Below, piece by piece: positions 36,000 to 47,856 of a DNA stretch of 64,000 bases (position 1 is the stretch's first letter; each line of letters begins with the position of its first letter). This DNA comes from Mayamaea pseudoterrestris. Its lineage: Eukaryota. The translations under genes were made by a program, and so were the position numbers. The notes under the pieces were generated by a model. That model was not told the origin of the DNA. It made no database searches and worked only from the letters and a program-made list of their open reading frames with translations. The stretch covers positions 558,001 through 622,000 of the forward strand of contig BROI01000004.1 of the NCBI GenBank assembly GCA_027923505.1, read 5' to 3'.

Positions 36000-38090
36000 T
36001 CAAAGCTCAATGGCAGCGGCCGCTTTTTCAGACCGGCGCTGAAGCAACCCAACGCGGACAGTCCATGCACCAAACCGAAAGAGCTGATAGCACAAGAAAA
36101 CCTTCCAAATTGATGTCAGATTGACTGACTTGTCACCCGACAAGGCCGCCCGTTTGACGCGCAGCATGAAAAAGGGCACGACAGCGAAGAATCCTGCGTA
36201 CAGCCGACCAAGGAACGACAAGTCCTTTTGAGCCAGCAATAGACCTTCACCGGCGCATACAAACCCATGAACTGCAAAAATACCACACAGCAATGGTGTG
36301 ACAAGGTTGACAAGGGAAACAACAGCTGGATCAGCGGTAAAAAAGCCGCTGAGTATTGGTATACTTGTCCCAGCCGCCACCATGGCAGCTCCAAAAACTC
36401 CACTCGCCTTGTAAAAATTCTTGACTGTCTGGCGAAGTGCCTGAGCTCGTGCTCGACTCTGGGGTCGTTCCGAAATCGCCGGCACAAAGCTTTGCGCCGT
36501 CAAGCTCAACGAGTCCGCAATCGGACACAGGCAGTAAAAGAGGCTCACAATCACCTGCTGCGCCGCCATGCTAACGTAACCAAGGGAGCTCGAAACAACA
36601 TGACTCATCGCCACATAGCCAGACACGCGGCCTACTTGGGTTGCAGTCACTGGAAGAATGTAGGGCCTGAAGTCATTCACAATGGCCTTTGACGGTAGCT
36701 TCAATAGATCTGGTGTTTTGAATTTCCCATCCAGAAACCCGCGCACGGTGAATGCCTTCTCCTTTAGTTTCTTCGACACCATCTCCTTGCCCGCTCGCTG
36801 TTTACCCGCGCCGCTCGCGGATCGAAGCGATCGCATGGCCGCACGAACGCGCTCCAGCCGCCTCCTTCCCCGCCGCGACTTTTTGCTCGTCAGCTCCATG
36901 ACGGCATTAGTTACATTCAACACACTGTTTCGTTGCGCCTTGGACTTGTGACCAAGCCAGTGCATGAACATGAAGACGGCCGCGTACTGCGAAAAGACCG
37001 TCGCCCAGGCCGCTCCCGCGGCACCGCCAATCCAAGCGTGCTTGGACCCGACAAAGAGACAGTCACCAATGAAATTGACACCCGCCGCCACTCCCAGCAC
37101 GTACAAGGGACTCCTTACATCCTGCATGCCCAAGCACGCCGCCTGCGCACTCCCAATGACCGCGGCGGCGGGCATGCCCAGTGCGCGAATGCGCACGTAT
37201 TTGAGTGCCGCCGACATAATGGCTGGATCCACCGACGAATTGCCGATAATGGCGCGCAGCAAGATTGGCGCCGCTCCCATGAGCGCCACGCCCAGTCCCA
37301 GTCCCACGTAGCATGATAATTGCATGGCGCCAATGAAACTGCTCGTGGACGATGACCTTGCTAATGGTGATTCGTCCAAAACTGTCGCTAACGTCGACTG
37401 CTGCATATCCCGTTGCTTCGCCGCCGCCATGAGATTCGTCGTGCCGGTGTACAAAAACGCAATCAGCAGCGCCGCGTAGTCGGTCACGGCCACGGCGGGA
37501 TTGAGCGCCGCCTGGTGCACCGTGCCCGACAGTATGCCCACGGCGCTCGTGTCAATCAGCGAAAGTATGGGACTGCACAACCAAACGCCAATGGCGGGTA
37601 CTGCAAACTTGAGTATCTTATTCACACTGGGAGCTGCGGCGGCTTCGTCGAGCGATACTGGTAGTATCGTCTTTTCCGTCTTGGCAAACTCGAGCAACGC
37701 TTGCTCGTTGCCACGAACAACAGCTTGCGCGGAAGCGTTCAACACGGCCGATACAGTTTCGCCGTCGTGAGCTGCATGTGCCACGACCGTGAGCGGATCA
37801 TATAGAATTGCGGCTTCATCGTTTGTCAAGTAGGTGAATGGAGGCGCTTCGTTGACATGGTCGAGCAAAAATGTTGCGGCGTCAAAGGTATTGTTGTAGA
37901 GAGAGTTTCCTGCCCGGGCGCCGCCATGCTTGTCGCCAATCGAGTCGTCGCGACTGGTCCATCGTTGCGAAAATCGTTGCGGCTGGCGAGTCGTAGGGAT
38001 GGAAGAGGGAGAAAAGGCCACACACGCACCTCCAAGGGAACCGGTGAGCAGCAGCAGATGCCGAGGTAAGAATGTAGAAGAACGTTTCAT
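36000..38090 (-). CDS. MATE transporter, EDS5/DTX46-47-like, plastid-targeted
   Basis: Signal peptide ending CVA-FSP. KILKFAVPAIGVWLCSPILSLIDTSAVG, YVRIRALG, QAACLGMQD..SPL, GAAWATVFSQY, LSLTAQSFVP. Long basic central loop. Confidence 0.9.
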   Translation of the reverse strand: MKRSSTFLPRHLLLLTGSLGGACVAFSPSSIPTTRQPQRFSQRWTSRDDSIGDKHGGARAGNSLYNNTFDAATFLLDHVNEAPPFTYLTNDEAAILYDPLTVVAHAAHDGETVSAVLNASAQAVVRGNEQALLEFAKTEKTILPVSLDEAAAAPSVNKILKFAVPAIGVWLCSPILSLIDTSAVGILSGTVHQAALNPAVAVTDYAALLIAFLYTGTTNLMAAAKQRDMQQSTLATVLDESPLARSSSTSSFIGAMQLSCYVGLGLGVALMGAAPILLRAIIGNSSVDPAIMSAALKYVRIRALGMPAAAVIGSAQAACLGMQDVRSPLYVLGVAAGVNFIGDCLFVGSKHAWIGGAAGAAWATVFSQYAAVFMFMHWLGHKSKAQRNSVLNVTNAVMELTSKKSRRGRRRLERVRAAMRSLRSASGAGKQRAGKEMVSKKLKEKAFTVRGFLDGKFKTPDLLKLPSKAIVNDFRPYILPVTATQVGRVSGYVAMSHVVSSSLGYVSMAAQQVIVSLFYCLCPIADSLSLTAQSFVPAISERPQSRARAQALRQTVKNFYKASGVFGAAMVAAGTSIPILSGFFTADPAVVSLVNLVTPLLCGIFAVHGFVCAGEGLLLAQKDLSFLGRLYAGFFAVVPFFMLRVKRAALSGDKSVNLTSIWKVFLCYQLFRFGAWTVRVGLLQRRSEKAAAAIEL

Positions 38091-38462
38091 GGGAATATAA
38101 AATGGCGGGTCGGGTCTCTTGCTCACTGTTTTGTTTTTTCGATTCGGAAGAACACTTATAAGTCAATTTCTTGTAGTCGTGCCGTCGTCGGTTGAAGTAG
38201 TGATCGAGTCGTTGCATGTGCGCCGCGATTGTTCTCCGGCCATGGTGACGAACAACTCCGCGGTCGATGTTTCGCCGACGTGACGCGACTCACTGCTACT
38301 ATGTGGCGTTCGATCGCCGAGGAGCAGCGGGTCATTTGGCGCGCTGGCGCGGCAGATTCGAAATGCCAGCCATCATGATCATGATGCAAGACGATGCGCA
38401 CGTCTTGGATCCAAGAAGCATTCTTGTTTGACTACTAGTAGATACATCTACTTTCGCTCATA

Positions 38463-39650
38463 ATGTCAGCAGCCGACCAAGACTACCACGGTCACGAGGA
38501 TAGTGACTATACGGAGGAAAGCTACTACGAGGAGGAAGTGGAGGACAACATGACGCCCGACGAACAGCACCAAGTGGCGCGGTTTCAGAAAATGTGTAAC
38601 ATGGGAGTTCCGCAGGGAGCCGTGCGCGTCAAAATGGAGGGAGAAGGTTGTTCACAAGCTGTTGTCGAGGCCGTCTTTGGCAATGGAGCTAGTGGTGGAA
38701 GCAGCAGACCGACTACAAGCGCTGCACCAGCTCCGCGACCGGCGCACCCACTTTTTGGAAGCAGCGACACGAAGAATGCTCTCGCAGCAGCAGCGGCCAA
38801 TATCAAGACGAAACCAAACAATGAACTATCACCATCTACTCCGCCGGCTGCCACGGATGCGAGAGCCGCCATGAATGAACAAATCAAGGCCATGGCGCTC
38901 CGCAAAGCCGGAGGGTCGCCACCGACACTTAAAAAGACTGTTGTTCCGCCATCTCCAACAAAAACGTCCAGCGGTAATCCATTGGCCGACCAGGTGGCCA
39001 TGCTGGCGCAGAATCGAGCCAAACGCATGGCCGGCGGCGGGGAGCCAGCAGTCAACGATAATGATGCTAATTCAGAAGCAGCGTTGACGGCGCCACGAAC
39101 GTTGGCGCCTCCACCGAAATCGAACGACAGTCAGGGACGTGTCGCGCGAAATAATAATGTCACAAACGCCGCAGCTGCAGCTTCAGTATCGACTCCCGCG
39201 GCAGCTCCTGCGACAGAGGCGCCCCAGAAATCTGGTTGGCGTGGCGGTGGCAAGAAAAAGACGGAAGGTGCACCAGCTCCAGCAGTGGCTGCCGTTCCTT
39301 CATCAACATCTGCAGTGGTTCAGGAGCCTGCCAGAGAGACTTCAGCGCCAGTAGCAGACGATGGTGACGCCAAGCACGACTTTCAAAAGGTCAAGCTCAC
39401 GCCACCCATTCATCGCAGCGCAGCAGCAGCTTCATCAACATCACCACCGACTAATACAACAACCACCACGAATGACAATGGCGACACTGTCGTCACGACG
39501 GAAATCATTTCGTCCACGCCGGGTGGCGAGGGTCCAACGACGAGGACCGTGACGCGCACCACCACCACCACGACCAAGACCATCAAGCGCGTGACCAAGA
39601 ATGATCCCGAGTATGAACGAACCGTCAAGTGTGGATGCAGCGTCATGTGA
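38463..39650 (+). CDS. Low-complexity protein with CCDC53/WASHC3-like motif, WH2-like helices and C-terminal CaaX box
   Basis: RFQKMCNMGVPQGAVRVKMEGEG; ARAAMNEQIKAMALRK; Pro/Ala/Thr-rich linkers; ends KCGCSVM*. Confidence 0.75.
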   Translation: MSAADQDYHGHEDSDYTEESYYEEEVEDNMTPDEQHQVARFQKMCNMGVPQGAVRVKMEGEGCSQAVVEAVFGNGASGGSSRPTTSAAPAPRPAHPLFGSSDTKNALAAAAANIKTKPNNELSPSTPPAATDARAAMNEQIKAMALRKAGGSPPTLKKTVVPPSPTKTSSGNPLADQVAMLAQNRAKRMAGGGEPAVNDNDANSEAALTAPRTLAPPPKSNDSQGRVARNNNVTNAAAAASVSTPAAAPATEAPQKSGWRGGGKKKTEGAPAPAVAAVPSSTSAVVQEPARETSAPVADDGDAKHDFQKVKLTPPIHRSAAAASSTSPPTNTTTTTNDNGDTVVTTEIISSTPGGEGPTTRTVTRTTTTTTKTIKRVTKNDPEYERTVKCGCSVM

Positions 39651-39859
39651 AGAAACATAGTATTTGTTGCAGTATGACGTGCGATCGATTCAAAGCATGG
39701 TTGACAAGCGATTGTCGACAGAGCGCATCCCTTGCTCGTAAGATGTAAAAGTTTTAGCAAGTTATATACATGTAATTAAATTTACGAATCTTGGCGACTC
39801 GCTTCATCTTATTGGTTTTTCGCACATCAAAAAATCAATAGTCATGTATCAATTCAATC

Positions 39860-41458
39860 CTACCGACTCTTGGCAGCCGCCGCCTCCTGCTGCGCCGCCC
39901 ACTCCCTTTCGTACTTGATAATGTGCGCCTTGCGCAACGGAATTTTCAAGGCAGCTTCCATGGTGGCAGCTCCCTCCACTCGATCGGGAATGGTTCGAAA
40001 AAAGGCCAGCAACTCCTCAAAACTCATTTTCAGCAAGACTGCTTGAAACTGCGACAGCAGCGCCAACATGACTCGATAGGTCACCTTCCATCCCTCCACC
40101 AGAAAGCAATCCCATATTCTCGTGACCAAGTCAAACTGAAACGAGCTGGTATACTGCGTCAGTAACCACTGCGTGACAAACATTGTTATATGCACATGCT
40201 CCTTCTCCAAATGCTTGTGCAGCTTTGGCAGAAACTGCTGCATCAGTTTATCGGCCACGTACAAGATCTTGTGCGTCTCGCGCATGTGTATTCCAAACAT
40301 GCCGTGCATGTCGCACGGCTGCCCGTGCATGATGTCGACAAAGAGCCAAAAGGCTTGCTCCTCGCGTAAGTGCAGCGTCAGCAGCATGCCGGCGATAAAG
40401 TTCATGCCCTGGCAGTAGCCAACCTCGCGGTCGTAGACGCTGTAGGCTTTCAGCAAGCGGCGGAGCGACGCTTGGCCGCTCTTGGTTTCTGTAGTAGTGG
40501 CGTTGGAACTACTAGTAGCGCAATGTTCGTGTTCGTCGTCGTCACTGCTGGGCCGCCGCAAGTCTTGCATCAGTTTCGTAAAATCCGTCGCGCCGCACAC
40601 GTTATTCGTCATGACACTGTAATGATTCACGACACTGCTGCCCGTGATGGAGTCCTCGTCCACGTCGTAAAACATGGAGTGACGAGGAAAGGTGCGATGA
40701 ATGTCGCGCTCAATGGTTTCCTGGACAATCAGAAAGGACTTGGTGCGGCTAAAGTGAATTTCGTCGTCGTTTTCGTCGTGAGCGACGTGCGGTGACACAG
40801 CATGGTTGCTGCTAGTTTCAGTATTCGTTACTGCACCTGCTCGAGACGACAACGTTTGCCGCACCAGCGAGTCGTAGACGCCCGGATTCTCACTGATAGT
40901 TTGTTCCACGTTCGATACCAGCATCCATACTCGCGTACGTTGCTCGTCCGGCAAACCCTTGCGGAGCCGGCGCTTGAGCAACTTGGATTGCTGCTTTCGT
41001 CTCCGTGAAGAATTGTTGGTATTGTCGTTCCAGTCATGAATCATCTTGTTCCACTTTTGGACGCGTCGCTCCATGCGTGCTTGGTCCACGGCAAGTGGTG
41101 CTATCGTAGCATTGTTGTTGCGTTTATTGTGTGGCTCGTCGTCGAGGGCTTGATCATCATCATTGACCGCTCCATGATGCACTTGCAGCAGCGAGTCCTT
41201 GTCGCTTCGAATTTTGCCGTCATTGTCCATGTTGAGTATGAATCCAAACCGATCCAGCTGGTGAGGCGTTTTTGTCGAGTCCATAACGTCCGACTTGCTG
41301 GGCCTTAGCAGCACAACGTCCACCTCCGAATCGTTGGAGGGAGCGCCGCCAAAGGTGTGGGCTCGTTCGCGATGCTGCTGCTGGTTATTGACGACGGTCG
41401 TGGCCACTGACGAGGCCGACTTGAGGCTGCTGCTCATGGTTCCCGGAGGAGATGGCAT
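39860..41458 (-). CDS. TBC-domain Rab GTPase-activating protein
   Basis: DRFGF, RLRKGLPDEQRTRVW, R-finger IERDIHRTFP, Q-finger GYCQGMNF, EEQAFWL, RIWDCFLVEG. Confidence 0.93.
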   Translation of the reverse strand: MPSPPGTMSSSLKSASSVATTVVNNQQQHRERAHTFGGAPSNDSEVDVVLLRPSKSDVMDSTKTPHQLDRFGFILNMDNDGKIRSDKDSLLQVHHGAVNDDDQALDDEPHNKRNNNATIAPLAVDQARMERRVQKWNKMIHDWNDNTNNSSRRRKQQSKLLKRRLRKGLPDEQRTRVWMLVSNVEQTISENPGVYDSLVRQTLSSRAGAVTNTETSSNHAVSPHVAHDENDDEIHFSRTKSFLIVQETIERDIHRTFPRHSMFYDVDEDSITGSSVVNHYSVMTNNVCGATDFTKLMQDLRRPSSDDDEHEHCATSSSNATTTETKSGQASLRRLLKAYSVYDREVGYCQGMNFIAGMLLTLHLREEQAFWLFVDIMHGQPCDMHGMFGIHMRETHKILYVADKLMQQFLPKLHKHLEKEHVHITMFVTQWLLTQYTSSFQFDLVTRIWDCFLVEGWKVTYRVMLALLSQFQAVLLKMSFEELLAFFRTIPDRVEGAATMEAALKIPLRKAHIIKYEREWAAQQEAAAAKSR

Positions 41459-41856
41459 GGTGATGGATGGGAATGTGATATAGAGTTTGATGGAACGCAG
41501 CAGCTCCGTGGTGCGTGCGGATGAATGAATACGTGCACAAGCGGGCAGGAACGTTGCTATTCAATGATGTAATGATCAGCTCGCTACAACGTTTAATATA
41601 TTAGAGCTTGTCAATCTCTTGCTGTTTTAACTGTATTGAGGGCCCAGAGATTCGTCGCAGTTTATGGACGGCTTTCGTCCATGTTGCGCCATGGTCGTCA
41701 CTCGGTGTGGCGTTCGGCCATTTCGCTAGCTATCTGTCAAGTCTCTATAGCATGGCCTATTGGCAGCGAGAGCTGCGTGAAATTTGTTGCGTTCATTCTA
41801 GACTATCATTAGTAAAGTGTTAACTGGTATTAGAATTTACCGGTCAATAGTTTTAT

Positions 41857-44800
41857 TCAAGACATTTTCACTTGATTTGGGAATTGAATCAAACGCTTGG
41901 CTTCGTCCGTGACAATGCGCAGTAACTCGAGACATTTTGCTCGCGTCGCCTCGTCGTCCTGCGACTGGAGAGCGCGCCGCAAGGAGAGCGCCGATGATTG
42001 CAGGTAACGCAAACATTGCGTGCGCCGCTCTGGATGTAAATCAGCCGAGAGTGTGGCAAGTTGCCACTGACAAAAGCCAATGGCCATGTTTCGTCCGCTC
42101 ATGCAATCAGCATTGTTGTTGCTGCTGCTGACAATGTGGCATGGAACAAATGGAGAAGAAGAAGCATTCCTATTCTTGCCTCTAGCGCTCGGCGCTGCAA
42201 CATTTAAATCGTCCGCTTGTTCGACATCATCACGGTAGCTAGATACAGTGTCCAGTGCCTCGTCCAGAACCGATGACAGAAAGCAGAAGGCCTTGTCGCT
42301 TTGACCAAGTTGGCATAGACATCGAGACGCACCATATGCAGCCAAACTGGTTTTACTTTCCATGCGGCCACCAGGTTGGGTCTTGGCGGATGAGAGATTG
42401 TATACAATCATGTAGCTGTCGTAAGCAGACTTCCAAAGGTGCGTGCTTTCACATTCTTGTAAAGCGGTTCCAAAGATTGACTCGGCTACCGATAGACAAT
42501 TTGCGTGAACAGCGAGAGCGTCGGCGATGAAATCGTGGGTGGCAAGGGTCACATCGTCATCACGACCAAACGTGACGAGCAACTCTAACCGTGCATGATG
42601 CTTGAGAGTCTTGACGAATGCGTCGAGCAAGCACAACGGACTAGTGCCTTCGTTCCAACGAACTTTCACATTGAAAGCGCCCGTTGCTTCGTCAGGGAAC
42701 GTGTCTGCAAGCTCGTTAAAATATAGACCTTCCATTCTGGTGAGAAATTGAGACACTCGCTGCACTGCACTGGCCATTAAGCGCTTGGCGAGACGTGTTT
42801 TCGAGTTGCGAGCCGCTACTCCCGCGAGATCCAGCGTCGCCACTAGTACCATGGGATGATTCCATGATAATTGGCGTTCCAATTGAAGCACGACCGTCTG
42901 CAGCACATGCTCAACCTGCTGCCATGAGTCGGTGGCGGCAAAGCTGGTGGCGAGGTGATACATGAATGTGATGGCTTGCTCCGTGTCCATACCGTGTGAG
43001 CACCCTGAACCATGCTCGAACCAACCAGTCATTCCTGACGATGAGCCTTGCAGAGCGATAGCGAGACATCGCGTCAGGTACTGCTGAGCACACGCCACAA
43101 CCTTATCCCGCTCGTTTAACTCAGTATCGACCAAGTCTGACAGGTCACCTTTTGATACATGCATCAAAAGCATGTGCATGCAAAAATGGCTTGGAATGTC
43201 TCTAGGATTTGCCGAGGCTATGCTACCGCCATACTGAAGGATCGTCAGCAAACCTCTTTCTGCTGCGTCGACCTTGTTCTTTTGCGACAGCTCCGAAGCT
43301 GCATTCATCTGTTCCTTTGCATCGTCAGCGTCGCTTGTTCGCGTCTTACCCCCGTTGGTGTCATCCCGCATCGACAAGCGAGCAATGCGGCTTTGATCCA
43401 CTACTTCGAGTTCGACACAGTCACCAGTAATTGTCGGCAGTTCATTACTGCAAATTGATTGGATCTTATCAAGCAATGCCTTCATGTCAAAATTCGTGTC
43501 ATCGTCGAGTCCCGAAAGCTCCCGATGGAGTTTAGGCCCATATTCTCCAAGAACCTTGTAAAAAGCTGCAAGGTTTAATTGAAGTTCTGTTGAAATTGAA
43601 ACAAGGTCAGCTTATCATATGGAAAGCGTAAAAGAAAATAGAGATTTACGTACCAGCAATGACTCGATCATCAAATGACAAATTGACAAGAATGTGCCTG
43701 TAACCGGTAGGAAGCGCTGGGGCACCTTTCGACAAAGCGAACATATTCTTTACCCGAATGATTGAAACCTTAAATTCTTGATCACGCCTCCTTGTCCATT
43801 CATGCAGCCGAACTAAGGCGCAGATTAAGGAAGACTCGTCATGGCATATTATGCGACCGCGAAGAACATCTTTCACTTGCGAGATGTCGCCTTTGTATTT
43901 ACGTTTAGCCTTCACATCTATAGCCTCCGACGACTTAATCCCAACTGAGTACGTGCTATATCGACTGTCTCCGTCGCATTTGCCGATGGTGCTTCGACAG
44001 TTTTGCGTCTCGTTTTCGGCGAACGTAACAATGTCGATGATCACTTCTGTAAACTTGTCCCTGTAATCGCTTGCTGACGCGATAGAAGCAATTGCTGTAC
44101 TACTTTTTAAAAAACTACTCCAAACAGTCTGAGTCACTCCCAATGAGCATTCGTGATTCTGCGACAAGTTTAGTAGGAACGAAGACAATAGCGAGAAAAA
44201 ATTTCGGTCCACTTCCAGCATCTTTTTATCTATCAAGCGGCTGCGGACAAAACAATCTGGCTTCCAGACTTTAGTCAAGCGCGTTGAAGAGGAAAGCGGC
44301 GGGAAGCTCTGCTGAATAAATTGAAACATTTCAGCATGCTTCCAGCAGGCAACCAGTTGCTGCCAGCGAGTTGATGCGATTTCTTCCATAACAGATCGCG
44401 TGAAAGGGAAACTTATCTTCTGTACAGAAGAAAAATTGACAAGAGCTTCTTCCAACGTCAAAATGCCGTTCGGGGATAACCGAAATGTACTGCATTCATC
44501 CTCTGTTTTCGTTGCAAAGGAGGTAAACTCATCCGCAAGCACAGGTGATGATCGTAACGAGCTCTGCACTAAAAAGGTTTCAGCTCGTGCAAGCGACAAT
44601 GTAGGCATACTCGAGACGCGGCGTAACCGCATGTTTTGAGCTCGCGACGTATCAATCCAAGACAGAGTCCTTGATGAAGTAGATTCGGCTATGTTTTTGT
44701 AACTGCCTGGAACATTGGCGCTCGTTTCGTCATTGTCTAGGCTTCGAAAAATTGGCGCTAGTCGCGCCCGGCGGTCAGCAAATGGTGCCGCTTGTCTCGA

Positions 44801-47497
44801 CCCTAGTCGCAGGGTTTTCTTCTTTGCTGGAGACAGCCATGCTTCACCGACAGAAATTTGAGCATACTTCTTTCGGTGGCGCTGATAGTCGATAGATAAA
44901 AACTTCGCAGAAGGCGACGCTCCCTTCGAATCAACCGCAACCGTACCATTCTCAACCGCAGGAAATGTGGCACAAGAAGAGTCTCGATGGCGCGAGACAT
45001 TTATCGATCTGGTAAGCGTCACAGGGAACGATGAATATGACGTCGATTTGTAAAGGTTTCTTTGTTTTGCGTGTAGTGGAAGGCGTTGCTTAGACTTTCC
45101 GGCATTAGGAATGTCCCACGAAAAACTTGCATGCGAATACTCTGTCTCAGTTAAATCGAACTCCCTTTTCGTGTGGGTGCTGGGACGGGGAGATGACAAA
45201 ACCACATAATCCGTAGGAGGAGCCGTCGTCGTAATTGTTTTCAAATGCCCTCCAAATCCTTCTTTAAGCAACAAAAAAGTGCCCCAAAATAAGTAGTCAA
45301 CAAGACTAACATCCTGCAATAACGGACTATTTGTAGCGTCAATAGACGTTTCATCGTCAAAATCGTCCACAGCAGATGAATCGTCAAAAAGCTCCGCCTG
45401 CGCCGAGCCTGGAGACACAAGCGAGCTTGTATCACTGACTCCAAAAACCTCCGTGTATTGATCAATTGAGGCTGCTTTCGCCGATTTCAGCCAGCGAGGA
45501 TTGTTTTGGCCACTGGAGTTGTTAAAATCAAAAAAGGTCCCTGGTAGAAAGTCAAGAAACCCACCGGTCGCATCACCTGTAAGTGAACTTGTGGTAGTTG
45601 TCTGGGACGGTTGAATGCCGGTGATATTTTTCAACCCTGACGAACGAGTTCTGGTGGTTGCTTTACTTTCTTTCACAACATCCAAGTCATCACTCGTCAG
45701 GTCATCATGTCCGACTGCGGCGGGCGTAGTAGTAAGCAGCTCAGGTCGATCCACCGCTGTTCCTAAAGAGGCGCCACACTCGACGGTTCCATTTATGTTG
45801 CTAAAAGTGCCTTGTTCGCTTATTTCCTTGATAAATTGCCCTGCTTCAACGATAACCGGACCTGAACATGTGATTGCGGACTTTGCCGTGGATTTAGTCG
45901 CGCTTGCAAATCGACGCCACCCTGTCGCAAGCTCCGTCTGTACTGCTGTTTCTAGACTGCTCGAGTTGCAGACCAATAAGTTGTCTTTATTGCTCTCCGA
46001 TGGTTCCACACACGTACGATGGGTACCATCATTTGAAGCTTCCTCATTTGTCTCAATAGTTGCTTGATGCTTTAAGACTCCTTGCGTCATCTCAGTAGTC
46101 ATGCTGCCGACCTCGAGCAACACGGGTTTGGCTAGTTGTAGCATGGTCGACGTTGCCGACGCAGCTGCCCGATTGAGGCGCGAAAAGGACAGCTTCCAAC
46201 CGTCGATGTTTGCAGATTGTCGTGTTAAATTGGCAGTAACGTCATGTGATGAAGGAAGCGCCATGGTGGACGCTGTAGCATGCTCTTCAACTGTAATTAA
46301 CTCGTGCTCAGCGTCATCACTCAGCCGACTCGCACTATTAACAGTAGCTGCAGGTACGTCGTCGTTGTCAAAACATCTTTCCTTTATCACTGTTTCAGGG
46401 TTTTGCATCGGCTGGACCAAGCGTCGTGTTGTCACAAACTCATTTGGTCGTTCGCCAAGCGATACGGTAGATGGCAAGTGAGGCGGAGAAGTAGCTGATG
46501 ATGTAAAACTCCTGCCATTTTCAATCAATGAGCAGCCTTGTTCAACACAGACGTGTGCCGACTCCAAACCGACTGTTCTGTCTTCGTCCCGAGACTGCGG
46601 ATCAGCTCGTTTCGAAGTCTTGTTATGAATGATTGGCGTAATTTGCTCCGATACTGGATGAGGAACTGGTGATGCCACATTATGTACATTTTCAGTCTGG
46701 TTTCGAAGCGGCGACAAGCAATCCACATGCAGCAGTTGTTCTGAAGTTTCTTCAAAGTTTAAAGGACCATCGTCGCTTCCATGTTCATTTATCGATTGTT
46801 TATTGAATGCTTCATGGTTGGAGACGTCGCTCTCACTGGATCGCTTGCAATTCGACAACGCTAGGAGATTTCCACCATTCAAACTCTCAAATTCATCAGA
46901 GCTATTCGCTCTTTCATAAAACGAGAACCTTCTCTGAGGCGAGTCTGCCGCTTCTACGTTATCTTCCTCCTGAGTGTCATCGCCAACAACTTGCGACGGC
47001 AGACGCTCTCGAAAGGGTATCTCACTGCTGTGATTGCCTCCTGCTTGTGGACTGTTCGTCACGTCGCCATCAAACAATGATTCAATAGCAAATATTGACA
47101 ATGAGGCCATTGCCGAGTGCCTTCGTTTGGCAGTTGGTCTGCCGCCGCGAATACAGTCGTGCTTTCTGCAAGACAGAAAATCCCAACTTTTCCCTCTCCG
47201 CCTCGACTTGATCGTATTCGCAAATGTGCTTCCATCATTCTGCATCAAGTGTAAAGCCATTCGATGTGATTGCTGCGTAGGTGTTTCTTCTTCTTGATTG
47301 TCTGTTCCCATTTGATGGAACGACTCGAAAGGCAATTGGTCTTTAGACGCACCGATTGGTGGCAGTTCACTTTCGGTACTTTGCTGCGACTCCATGGAAC
47401 CATGAGAGTAGATTGCTGCATTCACACTACTGGCATCCGACCCGCTTTGATGGATGCGCCAGGGCTGTCGCTTGTTCCGTCGCTTGTTTCTACCCAT
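41857..47497 (-). CDS. Large protein with RelA/SpoT-synthetase-like nucleotidyltransferase domain and C-terminal TPR-like helical region; 2 exons
   Basis: Exons 47497-43654 and 43586-41857; intron 43653-43587 (GTACGT..CAACAG). Motifs GIKS..KAKRKY, KDVLRGRII, RVKNMF, TGYRHILVNL, and IAELQL across the splice. First ATG at 47497. Confidence 0.78.
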
Positions 47498-47856
47498 CTT
47501 GATAAAGTGATGTGTGCAAAGATGCGCAAGCTTGTATGGCGGCAAGGGCGGCGATAAACCGACTTTTTCCACTTATAGCCTCTAAACCCCTTTATGTATA
47601 GCCTAGAGTTTCAAACTAAAGTTGTTCCATCAACTTGATTTCAAAAAGTTCAAAGCGTATAGAGCGAAAGAAAACAAGTTGAATGGAAGAAACGCGTCTC
47701 ATCGCAACGGCAGCTAATGCGCCTGCCACACTTTCACCGCGCGTTTCTCTACCGCGCCAGCCGGCCATCAAGAGTCGTATCGGTACTCTTTGATGTTGCC
47801 ATGCGACCATGGCGTGACAGCATTCATTCGCCGACCTCTTTCCTTAGCATTTCATC

